This document shows positions 26,261 to 36,971 of a stretch of 64,000 nucleotides of DNA, one piece after another (positions within the stretch are counted from its first letter, which is position 1; the number at the start of each line of letters is the position of its first letter). A model generated the notes under the pieces. It made no database searches and was not told the DNA's origin. It worked only from the letters and a program-made list of their open reading frames with translations. The translations under genes and the position numbers were made by a program. The stretch is from Dehalococcoidia bacterium (GTDB taxonomy: Bacteria; Chloroflexota; Dehalococcoidia; Lucifugimonadales; Lucifugimonadaceae). The DNA is taken from assembly GCA_034421215.1 (NCBI GenBank), contig DAOUKO010000019.1, positions 23,486 to 87,485 on the forward strand. The letters run 5' to 3'.

Positions 26261-27495
26261 AGGGACTCTTTTCCAACCCTAAACTCCTTGCCATCGCCAT
26301 CATTGGCCTGCTGGCACTATTCATTTCCCTTGCGGGAGGAGCCCTGGGAGCTGCCTTTGGCGGTGGTTTCCTTAGCAGCCCAATCCCGCTGATCCAGCTT
26401 CCCGCCGAAAAGGTGGTCGGACTCGGCCCGTTCGACCTGATGAACACCACGGTGATGTTGTGGGCGGCCGGGCTCGTGCTGCTGCTGGTTTCGTGGCTCG
26501 CGACGCGCCGCATGCGTGAAGTGCCATCCGGCTTCCAAAACCTCTTCGAAGTCATCGTCGAGTTCTTCGATAACACTGCTGACAGCGTTGCCGGCGGCGC
26601 ACGTCACGCGGGCCGGCGATTCCTGCCCCTTGTCCTGGCGATATTCCTCCTCGTCCTGTTTGCCAACTGGCTGGGGACTCTGCCGGGAGTCGGCACGATT
26701 GGCCGTATCGAGCCGGTTGAAGAGTGGGTGGAACACCGCCTCCACTACAAGGAAGACCAGATCAAGGACATGCGGAAGGAAGAAGGCCTTCCAGTCTTGA
26801 CCAAGGAAGAGCTACATGAGGAGGCTCTCCGGGCTGTGCTGGTGGAGAACGCCGGCCAGGAGTTCGTGGTCTTCGATGGCAGCGGCTATTTAGGACTTGT
26901 CCCGATCGGGCGCGGCGAAGACGCAAAGGTGGCGTTGCGGGACGTCGTTGACATCGACGACGAAGATATTCACCACGTCGAAGAAGACCTGCACGCCGGC
27001 GTGGTCAAGCGCGCACCCGTTGACGCTGACGACCCGGACAAGTACGCAGACCTGGTCGGCAAGCGCGCCGCCCTGCTGGTCCCGTTTTTCAGGGGCGCCA
27101 GCACGGACCTGAACACCACGCTGGCCATCGCCATCGTGGCGATGGTCGCGGTGCAGATATGGGGCATCAGGGCGCTTGGCTTTCGCCACTACAGCGGCAA
27201 GTTCATCATCCTTGGCAAAGGCCCGATACAGGCTTTCGTGGGTTTCCTCGAAGCGTTCGGAGAAATCGCACGCACTATCAGCTTTACTTTCCGGCTTTTC
27301 GGCAACATGTTCGCCGGCGAAATTCTGCTCATCGTGATGGCGTTCCTGCTGCCGCTCATCGGGATCATCCCATTCCTTGGCCTGGAACTCTTCGTAGGGT
27401 TGATTCAGGCCTTCATCTTTGCAATGCTCACTCTGGTGTTCGGCGTCATGGCGAGTCTCAGTCACGATGATGAGGAGCACGCCGAGGAGCATTAA
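26257..27495 (+). CDS. atpB: F0F1 ATP synthase subunit a, with a large loop insertion
   Basis: FANWLGTLPG, STDLNTTLAIAIV and the essential-Arg motif ISFTFRLFGNMFAGE. It is 412 aa, against roughly 230-290 aa for typical bacterial a-subunits. Confidence 0.85.
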   Translation: MKGLFSNPKLLAIAIIGLLALFISLAGGALGAAFGGGFLSSPIPLIQLPAEKVVGLGPFDLMNTTVMLWAAGLVLLLVSWLATRRMREVPSGFQNLFEVIVEFFDNTADSVAGGARHAGRRFLPLVLAIFLLVLFANWLGTLPGVGTIGRIEPVEEWVEHRLHYKEDQIKDMRKEEGLPVLTKEELHEEALRAVLVENAGQEFVVFDGSGYLGLVPIGRGEDAKVALRDVVDIDDEDIHHVEEDLHAGVVKRAPVDADDPDKYADLVGKRAALLVPFFRGASTDLNTTLAIAIVAMVAVQIWGIRALGFRHYSGKFIILGKGPIQAFVGFLEAFGEIARTISFTFRLFGNMFAGEILLIVMAFLLPLIGIIPFLGLELFVGLIQAFIFAMLTLVFGVMASLSHDDEEHAEEH

Positions 27496-27575
27496 CCACG
27501 TGGTCAATCGCCGTCCCGAAATCCTGATCCGGACCCAGGGACGGCAGCTTGGAACAACATCCAGGAGGAATTTAG

Positions 27576-27821
<246 letters not shown>

Positions 27822-27856
27822 TCGTACCCGGCCGAACGGCCGTTTGAGGTAAGCAC

Positions 27857-28357
27857 ATGGGTGGACTAGGAATCACCTTGGGCGGTTTGCTGACCCAATT
27901 GGTCAGCGTGCTGTTCATCTTTGGTGTCCTTTACTTGGTCCTGTACAAGCCGATCACGCGCATGCTGGACGCCCGGGCCAACCGGATTCGGGAGAGTCTG
28001 GAAGCCGCGGACCAGGCAAGGCAAGAGGCCGCATCCTCTGCCGAACAGGTCGAACGGGAGTTGGGCGAGGCGAGGAACCAGGGCCAGGCCCTCATTGGGG
28101 AGGCCCGCACGGCGGCAAACCAGTTCAGGCAGCAAGAGGACGCGCGCACCCGCGCCGAAATGGAGGCGATGCTCGAACGGGCCCGCGCCGAAATCGAACG
28201 CGAAAGGGACGCCGCAATCGAGCAGGTGAGGGCACAGTTTGCCGATCTCGCGATTACCGCCGCGGAACGAGTCGTCGAGCGGTCGCTCGACAAGGACTCC
28301 CACGCGAAATTGATCGACAAGGTCCTCGAAGAGGGCCTCGCCAAACAACGCAACTGA
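27857..28357 (+). CDS. atpF: F0F1 ATP synthase subunit b
   Basis: N-terminal TM helix, then a long charged helix (RIRESLEAADQARQEAASSAEQVERELGEAR...). Position in the operon fits. Confidence 0.8.
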   Translation: MGGLGITLGGLLTQLVSVLFIFGVLYLVLYKPITRMLDARANRIRESLEAADQARQEAASSAEQVERELGEARNQGQALIGEARTAANQFRQQEDARTRAEMEAMLERARAEIERERDAAIEQVRAQFADLAITAAERVVERSLDKDSHAKLIDKVLEEGLAKQRN

Positions 28358-28489
28358 TCGAACCGGGTAAGCCGGGTCCGAATGTCAGCCAGAACGATCG
28401 AAAACGTACATATGCAGCGGACGCCCAAACGTGCGTTGATGCGCACCGGACGACTTGAGACTGCGGTCCGTAGCTTGACGGCAAAGTAA

Positions 28490-29035
28490 ATGGCAGCGCC
28501 AAAACCACGCAGATACGCCATCGCCGCGCTCCAGCTTGCCCTCGAAAACGAGGGCATACCGCGCTGGGAGCAGGATATGGCGCGGGCAGCGGACGTTTTG
28601 AGTGACGAAGACTTCCGGGCGCTGCTGATTGCGCCACAGGTGGGGGACGAAGCCAAGCTGAACGGGATCAATACGCTGCTTGGCGATGCAGCGCCCCTGA
28701 TTGTGAACATGCTCTCGCTGATGGCCGTGAGGGGTGACATCGGCTCGTTCCCGGAGGTCTTCACGACATTCCAGGAACTGGCCAACGAGCACCGGGGCAT
28801 AGCGCAGGCGGAGGTCACCTCTGCCGTGCCGCTGGACGACGCGCGCAGGGAGAGGATCCGCACCGGCCTTGCCGATATCACCGGCAAACAAATCACGATG
28901 ACCGAGAGCATCGACCCCGAGATAATCGGCGGGGTCGTTGCCCGGGTCGGCGACCAGTTGATCGACGGCAGCACTCGCACCAGATTGCGATCGATGCGCG
29001 ACCAGATTGCCGTCCGGCCCGCTGAGGTAGCGTAG
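28490..29035 (+). CDS. atpH: F0F1 ATP synthase subunit delta (OSCP)
   Basis: RRYAIAALQLALE N-terminus and IIGGVVARVGDQLIDGSTRTRL C-terminus, both typical of delta. Confidence 0.8.
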   Translation: MAAPKPRRYAIAALQLALENEGIPRWEQDMARAADVLSDEDFRALLIAPQVGDEAKLNGINTLLGDAAPLIVNMLSLMAVRGDIGSFPEVFTTFQELANEHRGIAQAEVTSAVPLDDARRERIRTGLADITGKQITMTESIDPEIIGGVVARVGDQLIDGSTRTRLRSMRDQIAVRPAEVA

Positions 29036-29137
29036 GAGCGGACAACCGCAACTTCTTCATTTGACAAACCATGAATGGGACCCCGCGAGCCGCGTGAAGC
29101 AGCGGCAGCCCGGGACCCGGCAGTCGGAGCAAAAGGT

Positions 29138-30664
29138 ATGGCAGTAGCAGGTCAGGACATAGCCTCTGTAATCAAGCGGCAGATCGAAGAGTTCGGCGCC
29201 GAATTGACGATGGTGGACGTCGGGACCGTCATCGAGGCAGGTGACGGTATCGCACGCATCCACGGTCTGTCCGGGGTGAAGGCGAACGAACTACTCCAAT
29301 TCCCCGGGGATGTCTTCGGTCTCGCGTTGAACCTGGAGGAAGACAGCGTTGGCGCGGTCATCCTGGGTGACTACCTCGACATCAAGGAAGGCGACGAAGT
29401 TCGCAGCACCGGCAGGATCATCGAGGTCCCGGTGGGCGAATCGCTGCTCGGAAGAGTTGTCGACCCGCTCGGCCGCGTGCTCGACGACAGGGGACCGCTG
29501 CACACGGAGTCGACCCTGCCGGTCGAAAAGATTGCCCCCGGCGTTGTTACCCGCAAGTCTGTCGATCAGCCCGTCCAGTTCGGCGTGAAGGTCGTGGATG
29601 CCATGGTGCCGATAGGCCGCGGCCAGCGCGAGTTGGTGATCGGAGACCGCACAACGGGCAAGACGGCGCTCTGCGTGGACGCAATCATCAACCAGCGAGA
29701 CTCCGACATCCTGTGCATTTACGTTGCCATCGGCCAGAAGGCGTCTAAGGTCGCCGCTGTAGCCACCAAGCTGGAAGAGACCGGCGCCCTCGACAACACC
29801 ATCATCGTGGCGGCCAACGCGTCCGACCCGGCCGCACTCCAGTACCTGGCGCCGTACGCCGGCTGCACAATGGGCGAGTTCTTCATGGCGCAGGGCAAGG
29901 ACGTACTGATCGTCTATGATGACCTGACGAAGCACGCCTGGGCGTACCGTCAAATGTCGCTGCTGCTCAGGAGACCGCCGGGCCGCGAGGCTTACCCGGG
30001 CGACGTGTTCTACCTCCACTCCAGGTTGCTGGAACGGGCAGCCAGGCTCGATCCAGAATACGGAGGCGGCTCGATAACCGCCCTGCCAGTCATCGAGACC
30101 CAGGCCGGAGACGTCTCCGCCTACATCCCCACAAACGTCATATCTATCACGGACGGGCAGATATACCTCGAACCCGACCTCTTCGCATCCGGTATACGGC
30201 CGGCCGTTAACGCGGGCCTGTCGGTGACGAGGGTCGGCAGTTCGGCCCAACAGCGCGGCATGAAGTCGGTCGCGGGCAGCATGAAGCTGGACATGGCGCA
30301 GTACCGGGAGCTTGCCACGTTCGCCCAGTTCGGTACGGCCGACCTCGACCCGGCGACGCGCAGGCAACTGGAGCGCGGGCGCAGGTTCACCGAGTTACTA
30401 AAGCAGGACGAGACCCAGCCGGTCTCATTCGAGAACCAGGTCGCGCTCTTCTACATAGCCAACAGCGGCGCGTTTGACGACGTGGACGTCGAGTCCGTCA
30501 GGCAGTTCGAGGCGGGATGGTACGACTACGCCGCGGCGAACGTCCCGGACGTGCTCAAGGAGATCGCTGAATCCGGCGACCTGTCCGACGACTCCAAGTC
30601 GAAACTGGACGAAGCGGCGAAGGGCTACAAGCAGACGGCCGAAATGGCGGTGGCGGGAGGTTAG
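29138..30664 (+). CDS. atpA: F0F1 ATP synthase subunit alpha
   Basis: GDRTTGKTA Walker [19 protein letters not shown] and overall alpha-subunit similarity. Start taken as ATG 29138 ([19 protein letters not shown]). Confidence 0.95.
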   Translation: MAVAGQDIASVIKRQIEEFGAELTMVDVGTVIEAGDGIARIHGLSGVKANELLQFPGDVFGLALNLEEDSVGAVILGDYLDIKEGDEVRSTGRIIEVPVGESLLGRVVDPLGRVLDDRGPLHTESTLPVEKIAPGVVTRKSVDQPVQFGVKVVDAMVPIGRGQRELVIGDRTTGKTALCVDAIINQRDSDILCIYVAIGQKASKVAAVATKLEETGALDNTIIVAANASDPAALQYLAPYAGCTMGEFFMAQGKDVLIVYDDLTKHAWAYRQMSLLLRRPPGREAYPGDVFYLHSRLLERAARLDPEYGGGSITALPVIETQAGDVSAYIPTNVISITDGQIYLEPDLFASGIRPAVNAGLSVTRVGSSAQQRGMKSVAGSMKLDMAQYRELATFAQFGTADLDPATRRQLERGRRFTELLKQDETQPVSFENQVALFYIANSGAFDDVDVESVRQFEAGWYDYAAANVPDVLKEIAESGDLSDDSKSKLDEAAKGYKQTAEMAVAGG

Positions 30665-30740
30665 TCCGGCCGCCGGAGGCTGTGATTCGACTCAGACGAG
30701 TCCCCAGCAACCGGACGGACGACTGACCAAGTAACGAGAC

Positions 30741-33114
<2,374 letters not shown>

Positions 33115-33151
33115 GGATGGGGATTCCGTCACAGGACATGGACTTGCAATC

Positions 33152-33586
33152 TTGGCGCAACTGCAGCTCGAAATAATCACCGCCGAAGGTCAGGCCTATT
33201 CCGGCGTCACGGAGCTCGTGGTCGCGCCGGGCCAGGTCGGAGAATTCACTGTTCTTCCGTCCCACGCCCCGCTAATTACTACACTCCAGCCCGGAGAGGT
33301 CAGGCTGACCGAGAACGGCGAGAGCACGTCACTGGTGGTGTCAGGCGGCTTCCTGGAAGTTAACGGCAACCGCGTCGTCATACTCGCCGATGCCGCCGAG
33401 CGCGATGAGGACATCGACCTAGAGCGCGCTGAAGCCGCCGTGCGCCAGGCCCAGGAGCGAATCGAGAGCCGTTCAGGGGATATGGACCTCGAAAGCGCCC
33501 TGTCGTCGCTCAGACGCGCGCAAGCCAGGGTCGGGGTGGCGCGGCGTCGCCGCCAGCGGCGTTCTTCGTCAGGCGCGTCTGGCTAG
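33152..33586 (+). CDS. atpC: F0F1 ATP synthase subunit epsilon
   Basis: (M)AQLQLEIITAEGQAYSGVTELVVAPGQVGEFTVLPSHAPLITTL beta-sandwich, then a helical C-terminus. Start inferred at the in-frame TTG 33152, because the track ORF 33017 overlaps atpD. Confidence 0.85.
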   Translation: MAQLQLEIITAEGQAYSGVTELVVAPGQVGEFTVLPSHAPLITTLQPGEVRLTENGESTSLVVSGGFLEVNGNRVVILADAAERDEDIDLERAEAAVRQAQERIESRSGDMDLESALSSLRRAQARVGVARRRRQRRSSSGASG

Positions 33587-33594
33587 CCGTTTCG
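33572..33594. repeat. Left copy of the direct repeat flanking the hicBA cassette (includes the atpC stop codon)
   Basis: GGCGCGTCTGGCTAGCCGTTTCG compared with GGCGCGTCCGGCTAGCCGTTCG at 34372-34393. Confidence 0.7.
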
Positions 33595-33772
33595 GGACCA
33601 CCGGCAACCTGGGTGATTTTGACTGCTCGGGTCGCACGTTTCCACGTACTGTCGGACTCATCCGAACTCAGGTCCAGCGGCGTATCACTCACAAACGGGT
33701 GAACTCGCAACTGGTGGGGCGTTGATACGTGCGTGCTAACATTCTTCCCCTATTCAGGAAGGGGCGTCGTCG

Positions 33773-34078
33773 ATGAGCGTATCTGGAGTGATTGTATTGA
33801 CCACGCTTGTTGAGCCCGAAGGGGACAAGTACGTTTCGTGGTGCGAGGAACTGGGGACCGCTAGTTGCGGTGACACCGTAGAAGAGGCGTTCGCAAACAT
33901 CTTGGAGGCGGTTGAAGTTCATTTGAATGGACTGGAAGAGATCGGGGAGACGGAGAGGGTTTTCGAAGAGCGCGGCATAGAGGTGCTCCCTCATTCTTCT
34001 GACGAGAGCACAACGCGGCCCGTCCCGCTTGAGAAGATAATTCGCATCAGCAGGGTCCCAATACCAGTTCCTGCGTAA
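33773..34078 (+). CDS. hicB: HicB-like antitoxin (UPF0150 fold)
   Basis: EPEGDKYVSWCEELGTASCGDTVEEAFANILEAVEVHLNGLEEIG matches the HicB N-terminal domain pattern (..PELPGC.tqGdT.EEA..n..EAi..hle). Confidence 0.7.
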   Translation: MSVSGVIVLTTLVEPEGDKYVSWCEELGTASCGDTVEEAFANILEAVEVHLNGLEEIGETERVFEERGIEVLPHSSDESTTRPVPLEKIIRISRVPIPVPA

Positions 34079-34092
34079 GGGCATTCAGCCAA

Positions 34093-34320
34093 CTGCCCTC
34101 ATGTTCCAGCAGGCAACTCGTCTCGGCTCTTGAGCGCCTGGGTTGTTTTCAAGGCAGGACTGGCAAAGGCAGCCACGTGATTTATTTTCGGAAACTGCAA
34201 GATCGCTCTCTTGTGTCGCCAGTTGTTTTGGGACGCCGCGAGGTTCCCAAAGGTACTCTGAAGCGAATTCTTGATTCGCTGGAGATTTCTCCAGAAGAAT
34301 TCATAGACAAATTGAGATAA
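34093..34320 (+). CDS. hicA: HicA-like mRNA interferase toxin (no canonical start codon; not in the ORF track)
   Basis: My own translation of the frame ending at TAA 34318-34320 gives (L)PSCSSRQLVSALERLGCFQGRTGKGSHVIYFRKLQDRSLVSPVVLGRREVPKGTLKRILDSLEISPEEFIDKLR. This is the HicA pattern (S.relv..L.k.Gf...r..GSH......vP.h..l..GTl..Il...gis.eEF). There is no in-frame ATG/GTG/TTG after the stop at 34030, and CTG 34093 is the best candidate start. Confidence 0.55.
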   Translation: MPSCSSRQLVSALERLGCFQGRTGKGSHVIYFRKLQDRSLVSPVVLGRREVPKGTLKRILDSLEISPEEFIDKLR

Positions 34321-34371
34321 CTGGATGGTTTGTGCCGTTCCTGGCCTGGATGCGCCCTTACACCACGGTAT

Positions 34372-34393
34372 GGCGCGTCCGGCTAGCCGTTCG
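34372..34393. repeat. Right copy of the direct repeat flanking the hicBA cassette
   Basis: GGCGCGTCCGGCTAGCCGTTCG has one substitution and a 1-nt indel relative to 33572-33594. Confidence 0.7.
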
Positions 34394-34433
34394 AGGGTGA
34401 GAACATCAGCCCGCCCCGAGCCAACGGCCGCGT

Positions 34434-35114
34434 TCAGACGCCGGCTGTAGGGTTCTTCAGGTAGTACGTCATCGACTGGAGCGCCAGTACGGGATCGACG
34501 CTCCTCACCTTGACTCCATCCGGCACACGAGGTGAAAAAGGTGCGTAGTTCAATATAGACCGCACTCCGGCGTCCACGAGCGTATCTATCACGGACTGGG
34601 CCTCGGTGGACGGGACGGTCACGATGCCGATCTTCACGTTCCTGGACATGACCGTCGTCGGGATCTCCCGCATCGACTGGACCCTCAGGCCGCCGATCTC
34701 CTCACCCGTCAACCTGTCGTCTATGTCGAACGCGGCAACCACTCTGAAACCCTCCGGCTCGAACCCGGGATAGGAAACGACTGCTCTGCCCAACCTGCCC
34801 ATACCTAGCACGGCCGCGTTCCACGAAACGTCCAGGCCAAGAATGCCGCGCAGGGAGGAGGCGAGGTGGTTAACGTTGTACCCGCGGCCTTGCTTGCCAA
34901 ACCGCCCGAAGTAGCTCAGGTCCTTACGAATCTGGGCCGGGGTCATGCTCAGCCGGATCCCTAGTTGCTCGGAACTGACGACTTCGACTTTGTTGGCCTC
35001 GAACCGGCCTAGCACGCGAACGTACAGGGGTAGCCTTTGGACGACTACATCAGGGACTTCGTCAATGGCCACAGGCTGGGAGGACCGGCGTCTGTTGTCT
35101 TTGCTGGAAGCCAA
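34434..35114 (-). CDS. rex: Redox-sensing transcriptional repressor Rex
   Basis: VVQRLPLYVRVL, SSEQLGIRLSMTPAQIRKDLSYFGRFGKQGRGYNV winged helix, and a Rossmann domain (AVLGMGRLGRA). Confidence 0.9.
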   Translation of the reverse strand: MASSKDNRRRSSQPVAIDEVPDVVVQRLPLYVRVLGRFEANKVEVVSSEQLGIRLSMTPAQIRKDLSYFGRFGKQGRGYNVNHLASSLRGILGLDVSWNAAVLGMGRLGRAVVSYPGFEPEGFRVVAAFDIDDRLTGEEIGGLRVQSMREIPTTVMSRNVKIGIVTVPSTEAQSVIDTLVDAGVRSILNYAPFSPRVPDGVKVRSVDPVLALQSMTYYLKNPTAGV

Positions 35115-35161
35115 TTGGTGCGAAGTTTGTGTCGGAATAAGAAAATGTAGGTCCGGCCAGT

Positions 35162-35179
35162 ATGTGGCTTATATCACAA
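35162..35179. promoter_or_regulatory. Candidate Rex operator upstream of rex
   Basis: ATGTGGCTTATATCACAA has a TGTG-N8-CACA core with the spacing of the TTGTGAAnnnnTTCACAA consensus, and lies 48-65 nt upstream of the rex start. Confidence 0.3.
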
Positions 35180-35297
35180 ACGAAAATCGGCGGGCAAATC
35201 ACAATACATTACGGTTGGACATCTACGCTTGACGCTGGGCCGGTCGCGTGCGAAAACTCGCTGGTCTGATTTCGGTCGAAATCACTGTGGCCCCGTC

Positions 35298-35433
35298 ATG
35301 GCCGCAAGAGGAGACGAAAGTGAGGCGTTGCCTGTCGGATGAGGCTTCAACTTGCCGGGTGAACCCACCGTGGATGCCGGATCGGAGTCCGGCAAGACTA
35401 ATTGGTGGATGCCCGGCATACTTTCATAATAAT
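35298..35433 (+). repeat. Structured intergenic repeat, copy A1
   Basis: ATGGCC...GACGAAAGTGAGGCG start, CCACCGTGGATGCCGGATCGGAGTCCGGCAAGAC core (compare copies C and D), and a CTTTCATAATAAT end. Confidence 0.6.
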
Positions 35434-35463
35434 CACCCATGCTGGCTGCGGCCGGCGCCCCAA

Positions 35464-35598
35464 GGTATGAAAATGGGGTGTTGCCAGTCGTATGGAGGTT
35501 GTGCACGTCGGGCGTACCCACCTCCGCGCCCCACCGTGGGTACCAGGTTACCCCGGCACGACGATGTGGGGGCTGACCGGCTTATTTTCATAGTAATG
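35464..35598 (+). repeat. Structured intergenic repeat, copy A2
   Basis: GGTATGAAAATGGGG...GGCGTACCCACCTCCGCGCCCCACCGTGGGTACCAGGTTACCCCGGCACGACG...GGGGGCTGACCGGCTTATTTTCATAGTAATG. It aligns end to end with copy B. Confidence 0.75.
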
Positions 35599-35702
35599 AT
35601 CCACCCGGCCCGGCCGGAGTGTATAGGCATACTTACGGACCATTGACGAAAGCCCCGTCAGACCAAACCGGCGGGAAGTACAAGGAAAGCCAAAAACGAC
35701 CC

Positions 35703-36692
35703 ATGCGAAGACCACTTGTCGTACACATAGACCGATCCGAACAACCCATCACGTTTGAGAGAGAGGCCCTGGCGGGCATTGACTGCGAAATCGTCTCCAC
35801 AGGAGTCGACTCGCAGGAACAGATCCTGGCCGCGATACGCGAGGCCGACGTCGTTCTGGACGACCACTCACCAATCGCCCGTGACACCGTTGAACAGCTC
35901 GAACGCTGCGGGCTGATAATTCGCTACGGTCACGGCTACGAGGGCGTGGACGTCGACGCCTGCACCGAGCAGGGCATCATGGTCGCAAACGTGCCCGGCT
36001 CGACCTCCGAGGAGGTCTCCAACCATGCCCTGGCGTTGATGTTCGCCTGCGCCCGGGAAATCAAACAGCTCGACCGCGCCACGACCGAGGGCCAGTGGGG
36101 CGAGGTGCAATCGCGTTCACTTGGTCAGCGGATTTACGGCCAGACCGCCGGCGTGGTCGGTTTCGGATGGATCGGGAAGTCGTTCGCCCGCAAGGCGAGG
36201 GCGATGGGCATGGAGGTCCTGGTCCACGATCCATACGTTGGAGAATGGCTCGAGATCGAGTACCAGGTGAGTTTGGTTTCCTTCGATGAACTGCTGGAAC
36301 GCTCTGACTTCATTTCGATTCACTCCCAGCACAACGAGACGTCCCACCACCTCTTCAACACGCAGGCGTTCGACCGTATGAAGAAATCTGCCTACCTCGT
36401 AAACACCGCCCGGGGCGGGGTAGTCGACGAAGCGGCGTTGATCGAAGCATTGCGGGTCGGGAAGATTGCAGGCGCGGGGCTGGACGTGTTCGAGGTGGAA
36501 CCGGTCGAGTCCGACAATCCGCTGCTGCACATGGAGAACGTAATCGTCACGCCCCACGTAGCCGGTTCCTCGGCGCCCGGGTGGGACGCAATTCGCCGCC
36601 GCGCTGGCGAAGACGCGGCGCGGTACCTGCGCGGGGAGCGACCGCACGGGCTGGTCAACTTAGAGGTTTTGGGCCGCCTGAGACATTCGTGA
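35703..36692 (+). CDS. D-isomer-specific 2-hydroxyacid dehydrogenase (NAD-binding)
   Basis: GVVGFGWIGKSFARKA Rossmann motif, NTARGGVVDEAAL, and TPHVAGSS with the catalytic His. Start moved to ATG 35703 (MRRPLVVHIDR). Confidence 0.85.
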   Translation: MRRPLVVHIDRSEQPITFEREALAGIDCEIVSTGVDSQEQILAAIREADVVLDDHSPIARDTVEQLERCGLIIRYGHGYEGVDVDACTEQGIMVANVPGSTSEEVSNHALALMFACAREIKQLDRATTEGQWGEVQSRSLGQRIYGQTAGVVGFGWIGKSFARKARAMGMEVLVHDPYVGEWLEIEYQVSLVSFDELLERSDFISIHSQHNETSHHLFNTQAFDRMKKSAYLVNTARGGVVDEAALIEALRVGKIAGAGLDVFEVEPVESDNPLLHMENVIVTPHVAGSSAPGWDAIRRRAGEDAARYLRGERPHGLVNLEVLGRLRHS

Positions 36693-36708
36693 ATTTGTGC
36701 ACTATAAT
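36680..36708 (+). promoter_or_regulatory. Sigma70-like promoter candidate overlapping the dehydrogenase stop
   Basis: GAGACA (36680-36685), a 17-nt spacer, then TATAAT (36703-36708). The TATAAT sits within the small palindrome GTGCACTATAATGCAC. Confidence 0.3.
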
Positions 36709-36971
36709 GCACCGACCGGGCCCGGCCACCGCGTCGACTGGCCAGCCGGCCGCAGGGCGCAACTTCGCGTCACGCGAAACGTAGTAAAGGAGGTGGTCGA
36801 AATAATGTCAGATAGTAGAACCAGAGGTGCTTTGCTGTAGCAAGGGTACCCGCAGGCAAAGTGCCTCGGCGTCGTGGGGTCACCCGGCCGGGATTTATCC
36901 CAGCCCGGTGGCCCCACCTCGCGTCTGAGCCGGTTCGCACCGGCTGGAGGCAGAAAGAGCAAGAATCTCCG

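Noticed and set aside
27931-29067. 378-aa minus-strand ORF across atpF-atpH
   Set aside because: It is antisense to well-supported ATP synthase genes, and its Ser/Ala/Arg-rich composition has no motifs. It is a shadow ORF.
33689-34084. 131-aa minus-strand ORF opposite hicB
   Set aside because: The + strand product matches the HicB pattern well. The minus-strand ORF has no recognisable features.
35248-35646. 132-aa ORF, and similar ORFs 22806..23150, 36874..37155 and 63660..63950, running through the intergenic repeat copies
   Set aside because: Nucleotide alignment of copies A2 and B shows a 1-nt indel, so the homologous halves are read in different frames in the two ORFs. Conservation is at the DNA/RNA level, not the protein level.
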